Shown piece by piece: positions 61,043 through 64,000 of a stretch of DNA of 64,000 bases (positions are counted from its first letter, which is position 1; each line of letters begins with the position of its first letter). The position numbers and the translations under genes were made by a program. The stretch is from contig CAWAHY010000004.1 of NCBI GenBank assembly GCA_963782015.1, positions 759,488 to 823,487 of the forward strand, given 5' to 3'. The notes beneath the pieces are model-generated. The model worked only from the letters and a program-made list of their open reading frames with translations. It made no database searches and had not been told where the DNA came from. The stretch is from an uncultured Chloroflexia bacterium (GTDB lineage Bacteria > Chloroflexota > Limnocylindria > QHBO01).

Positions 61043-62320
61043 TTGCCTGAGACCGAATCCCCCGCCGCCCCCCGGCGCGCCCGCGCGCCGCGACGAGCGA
61101 CCCCGCCGCCCACGCCAGCCGCCAACGGCAATCCCCCAGCCGACGATCCCGAAGCCTCACCCCTGATGGCCGCCGTCCTGGCGGCGCAGCGTTCCCATCG
61201 CTTCGGCGAGATCGAGCTCCCCGTCACCATCGCGCGGGCCATCGAGAAGATGGGCTTCACCCAGCCGACCGAGGTGCAGGCGCGCGCCATCGGCCCGCTG
61301 CGGGCGGGGAAGGACCTCATCGGCCAGGCGCAGACGGGGACCGGCAAGACCGCGGCGTTCGGGATCCCGATCATCGAGAAGGTCGACCCCAACGCCCACC
61401 ACGTCCAGGCGCTCGTCCTCACCCCGACCCGCGAGCTGTGCGTGCAGGTGACCGAGGAGATCCGCCGGATCGGCGTCTTCCGCAACGTCACCGCGGTCGC
61501 CATCTACGGCGGCTCGAGCATGGATCGCCAGGTGACCGCCTTGAAGCGCGGTGCGCAGGTCGTGGTGGGGACGCCGGGGCGCGTGCTGGACCTGATCCGC
61601 CGCGGCGAGCTGCGGCTCGACCGGGTCAACACCGTCATCCTCGACGAGGCCGACCGGATGCTCGACATGGGATTCATCGTGGACGTCGAGACGATCCTGT
61701 CGCGCTGCCCGCGCAGCCGCCAGACGGCGCTCTTCTCCGCCACCATGCCGTACGCCATCCTGCGCATCTGCGATCGGTTCATGGACAAGGGGGCGGAGCA
61801 CATCATCGTGCGGCCGGAGATGCGCACGGTCGAGACGGTCCGGCAGCTCGTCTACTTCGTCGCCGAGCAGGACAAGGTGGCCGCGCTCACCGAGCTGACG
61901 GATGAGTTCGGGTTCGATCGGCTCCTCGTCTTCCGGCACACCCAGATCGGGGTCGACCGCCTGACCGCCACCCTCTCCCGCAAGGGCAGGAACGTGGCCG
62001 CCCTCCACGGCGGCCTGTCGCAGCGCGAGCGGGACCGGACCCTGGCCGACTTCCGCTCCGGCAAGATCCAGTTCCTGATCGCCACCAACGTCGCCTCGCG
62101 CGGGCTCGACATCACCGACCTGCCGTTCGTCCTCAACTACGACATCCCCGAGGACGCCGACACGTACGTGCATCGCGTCGGCCGCACCGCCCGGGCGGGA
62201 CGCGAGGGGACCGCCATCACCCTCGTCGGGGAGTGGGACCTGGCCGCCTGGGACCAGATCCGCAAGGAGGTCGGGGTCGAGGTCGAAGAGGGCGAGCTCA
62301 AGCTCTACCACCGGACCTGA
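61043..62320 (+). CDS. DEAD-box RNA helicase (start uncertain; alternative ATG at 61166)
   Basis: AQTGTGKT, PTREL, DEAD, SAT, HRVGRTAR. Confidence 0.95.
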   Translation: MPETESPAAPRRARAPRRATPPPTPAANGNPPADDPEASPLMAAVLAAQRSHRFGEIELPVTIARAIEKMGFTQPTEVQARAIGPLRAGKDLIGQAQTGTGKTAAFGIPIIEKVDPNAHHVQALVLTPTRELCVQVTEEIRRIGVFRNVTAVAIYGGSSMDRQVTALKRGAQVVVGTPGRVLDLIRRGELRLDRVNTVILDEADRMLDMGFIVDVETILSRCPRSRQTALFSATMPYAILRICDRFMDKGAEHIIVRPEMRTVETVRQLVYFVAEQDKVAALTELTDEFGFDRLLVFRHTQIGVDRLTATLSRKGRNVAALHGGLSQRERDRTLADFRSGKIQFLIATNVASRGLDITDLPFVLNYDIPEDADTYVHRVGRTARAGREGTAITLVGEWDLAAWDQIRKEVGVEVEEGELKLYHRT

Positions 62321-62360
62321 GCTGAACCCGATCTCCGGCGGCGCGGTACCCTTGGCGCGC

Positions 62361-63047
62361 ATGTCCAACCCCGAGCCGATCCTCCCCCAGCACGCGACCC
62401 CCGCCGAGGTGATCATCACCAGCGTGGACTGGCTCTTCGAGCCGTACTGGTTCGGCGACCGCCTGATGGCGCGGCTCCACGACGGCAGGGTGACCCTCAC
62501 CGATATCGCCGGCGAGCCGGCCGACCCAGATTGCGCCGAGGCGGGCGACGAGCTGCTGGCCGCCATCGATGCCGATTCGGCGGTGATCGACGGGATCTGG
62601 ACCGCGCAGCCGTTCGTGGGCAGCGGGAGCGGCGCTCGCAAGTGGGCCGAGACGCTCGCCGAGGAGGGCGTGGTCGATGAGCCGCCTGACCCGCTCTCGC
62701 TCGAGACCCGGCGCGCCTTCGTGGCAATCGACCTGGTCGAGCTCGAGGGCCAGTCGCTGACCGAGGTGCCGTACCAGGAGCGCCGCCGCCTGCTCGCCTC
62801 CGTGCTGGCCGAGAACGTGCGGGTCCGCATCTCGCCGGCCGTGAAGCAGCCGGTCCGCGCGTGGCTGCTGGCGTGGCGCGGCAACGGCTTCACCCATTAC
62901 GTGGCCAAGCACATGAACTCGCGCTACCTCACCGGGGAGCAGACCGAGGAGTGGCTGATCGTCTCGTCCGAGCCGGAGAAGTTCCCGTCGATCGCCGGTC
63001 GCCTGGTGGGCCAGCGTCCCAAGAAGCTCCGCCGCATCGAGGACTGA
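62361..63047 (+). CDS. ATP-dependent DNA ligase adenylation-domain-like protein, degenerate
   Basis: WLFEPYWFGDR, IDG, FVAIDL, PYQERRRLL, VAKHMNSRY..G. Confidence 0.7.
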   Translation: MSNPEPILPQHATPAEVIITSVDWLFEPYWFGDRLMARLHDGRVTLTDIAGEPADPDCAEAGDELLAAIDADSAVIDGIWTAQPFVGSGSGARKWAETLAEEGVVDEPPDPLSLETRRAFVAIDLVELEGQSLTEVPYQERRRLLASVLAENVRVRISPAVKQPVRAWLLAWRGNGFTHYVAKHMNSRYLTGEQTEEWLIVSSEPEKFPSIAGRLVGQRPKKLRRIED

Positions 63048-64000
63048 TGCCGTCTGCCGGGCTCGACGCCAAGGGGCTCGCCGAGGTCCGGCGCGTGGGC
63101 CAGGCCGACCTGATGGTCGGCATCCCCAGCTACGGCAACGCGGAGACGATCGGTTTCGTGGTGCGCGCCGCCACGGCCGGCATGGTCCAGTACTTCCCGG
63201 ACCTCAAGCCGATCCTGGTCAACTCTGACGGGGGCTCGCCCGACAACACGCCGCGGGTCGCGATCAGCACCGAGAGCCCCGAGTACATCGAGAAGATCAT
63301 CCTGGTCAGCCCGCGCCACCGGCTGCAGCGGATCAGCTTCACCTACCAGGGGCTGAGCGGGAAGGGGACCGCGGTGCGGGCCCTCTTCGAGGTCGCGCGC
63401 GAGCTCGAGGTGAAGGCGATGGTGATGGTCGACTCGGACCTGCGCAGCATCGCCCCGGAGTGGATCGAGCTGCTCGCCGGCCCCATCCTCAAGGGCGGCT
63501 ACGATTTCGTGGCCCCCCTCTACGCCCGCCACAAGTACGACGGCACCATCACCAACGCGATCGCCTATCCGCTCACCCGCGCGCTCTACGGGGCGCGCAT
63601 CCGGCAGCCGATCGGCGGGGAGTTCGCGATCAGCGGCGACCTGGTGCAGCGCTACCTGGAGCTCGACTCGTTCGACGACCTGACGGCGCGCTTCGGGATC
63701 GACGTGTGGATGACGCACTCCGCCATCAACGAGGGCTTCGCGGTCTGCCAGACGCGCCTGGGCGCCAAGATCCACGACGCCAAGGACCCCGCCTCGGACC
63801 TGGGACCCATGTTCCGGCAGGTGGTCGGCACGCTCTTTGGGCTGGCCGGCCGCTACCAGGACCGATGGCTCAAGGTGCGTGGCTCGCATCCCATCCCCGA
63901 GTACGGCTTCGAGCGGGTGATCGCGCCGGAGGTGGTGGAGGTCAGCCACGCCAAGCTGATCGATGGCTTCGAGACGGCCCGGCTCTCGCAGGGCGGCGCG
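63047..64000 (+). CDS. Glucosylglycerate/mannosylglycerate synthase-like glycosyltransferase (runs off window; not in ORF track)
   Basis: Translated by hand: VGIPSYGNAETI, NSDGGSPD, GKG, DSDLRSI, RHKYDGTITN, RQPIGGEF, FGIDVWMT. Confidence 0.85.
   Translation, partial: MPSAGLDAKGLAEVRRVGQADLMVGIPSYGNAETIGFVVRAATAGMVQYFPDLKPILVNSDGGSPDNTPRVAISTESPEYIEKIILVSPRHRLQRISFTYQGLSGKGTAVRALFEVARELEVKAMVMVDSDLRSIAPEWIELLAGPILKGGYDFVAPLYARHKYDGTITNAIAYPLTRALYGARIRQPIGGEFAISGDLVQRYLELDSFDDLTARFGIDVWMTHSAINEGFAVCQTRLGAKIHDAKDPASDLGPMFRQVVGTLFGLAGRYQDRWLKVRGSHPIPEYGFERVIAPEVVEVSHAKLIDGFETARLSQGGA

Overview
High-GC bacterial chromosomal window. Gene content and style suggest Chloroflexota, possibly Limnocylindria-like (inference). 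Many conserved genes carry single-base frameshifts, most likely long-read or assembly indels. From left to right: a probable oriC edge with dnaN-recF-DciA-like genes; a PP2C-like/beta-propeller membrane protein; a GT2 gene divergent from a giant double GT-C (GT87-like + PMT) glycosyltransferase; PspC and LiaF-like genes; a compositionally atypical island (~12.65-15.85 kb) holding a lipoprotein and an orphan RHS toxin-immunity pair; an attenuator-preceded ABC exporter with three tandem double-GNAT acetyltransferases; an ArsR-led phosphatidylinositol-mannoside-type lipid operon; a degenerate ABC/MFS/sortase group; a complex I (nuo) locus interrupted by a lipoprotein islet; then darA, tmk, an R3H ATPase, pdxST, HNH, CCA enzyme, deoC-like, galE, a DEAD-box helicase, a ligase-like gene and a partial glycosyltransferase. 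Two observations stand out. (1) A transposase-free 1852-bp cassette carrying the RHS module, bounded by 32-bp GGGG-initiated inverted repeats and 14-bp direct repeats, apparently stacked in tandem at a promoter -35 box. (2) A complex I whose NuoI is split in two around a degenerate NuoE/NuoF and a NuoG-GltD-like flavoprotein, suggesting a rewired, possibly NADPH-linked, electron input.
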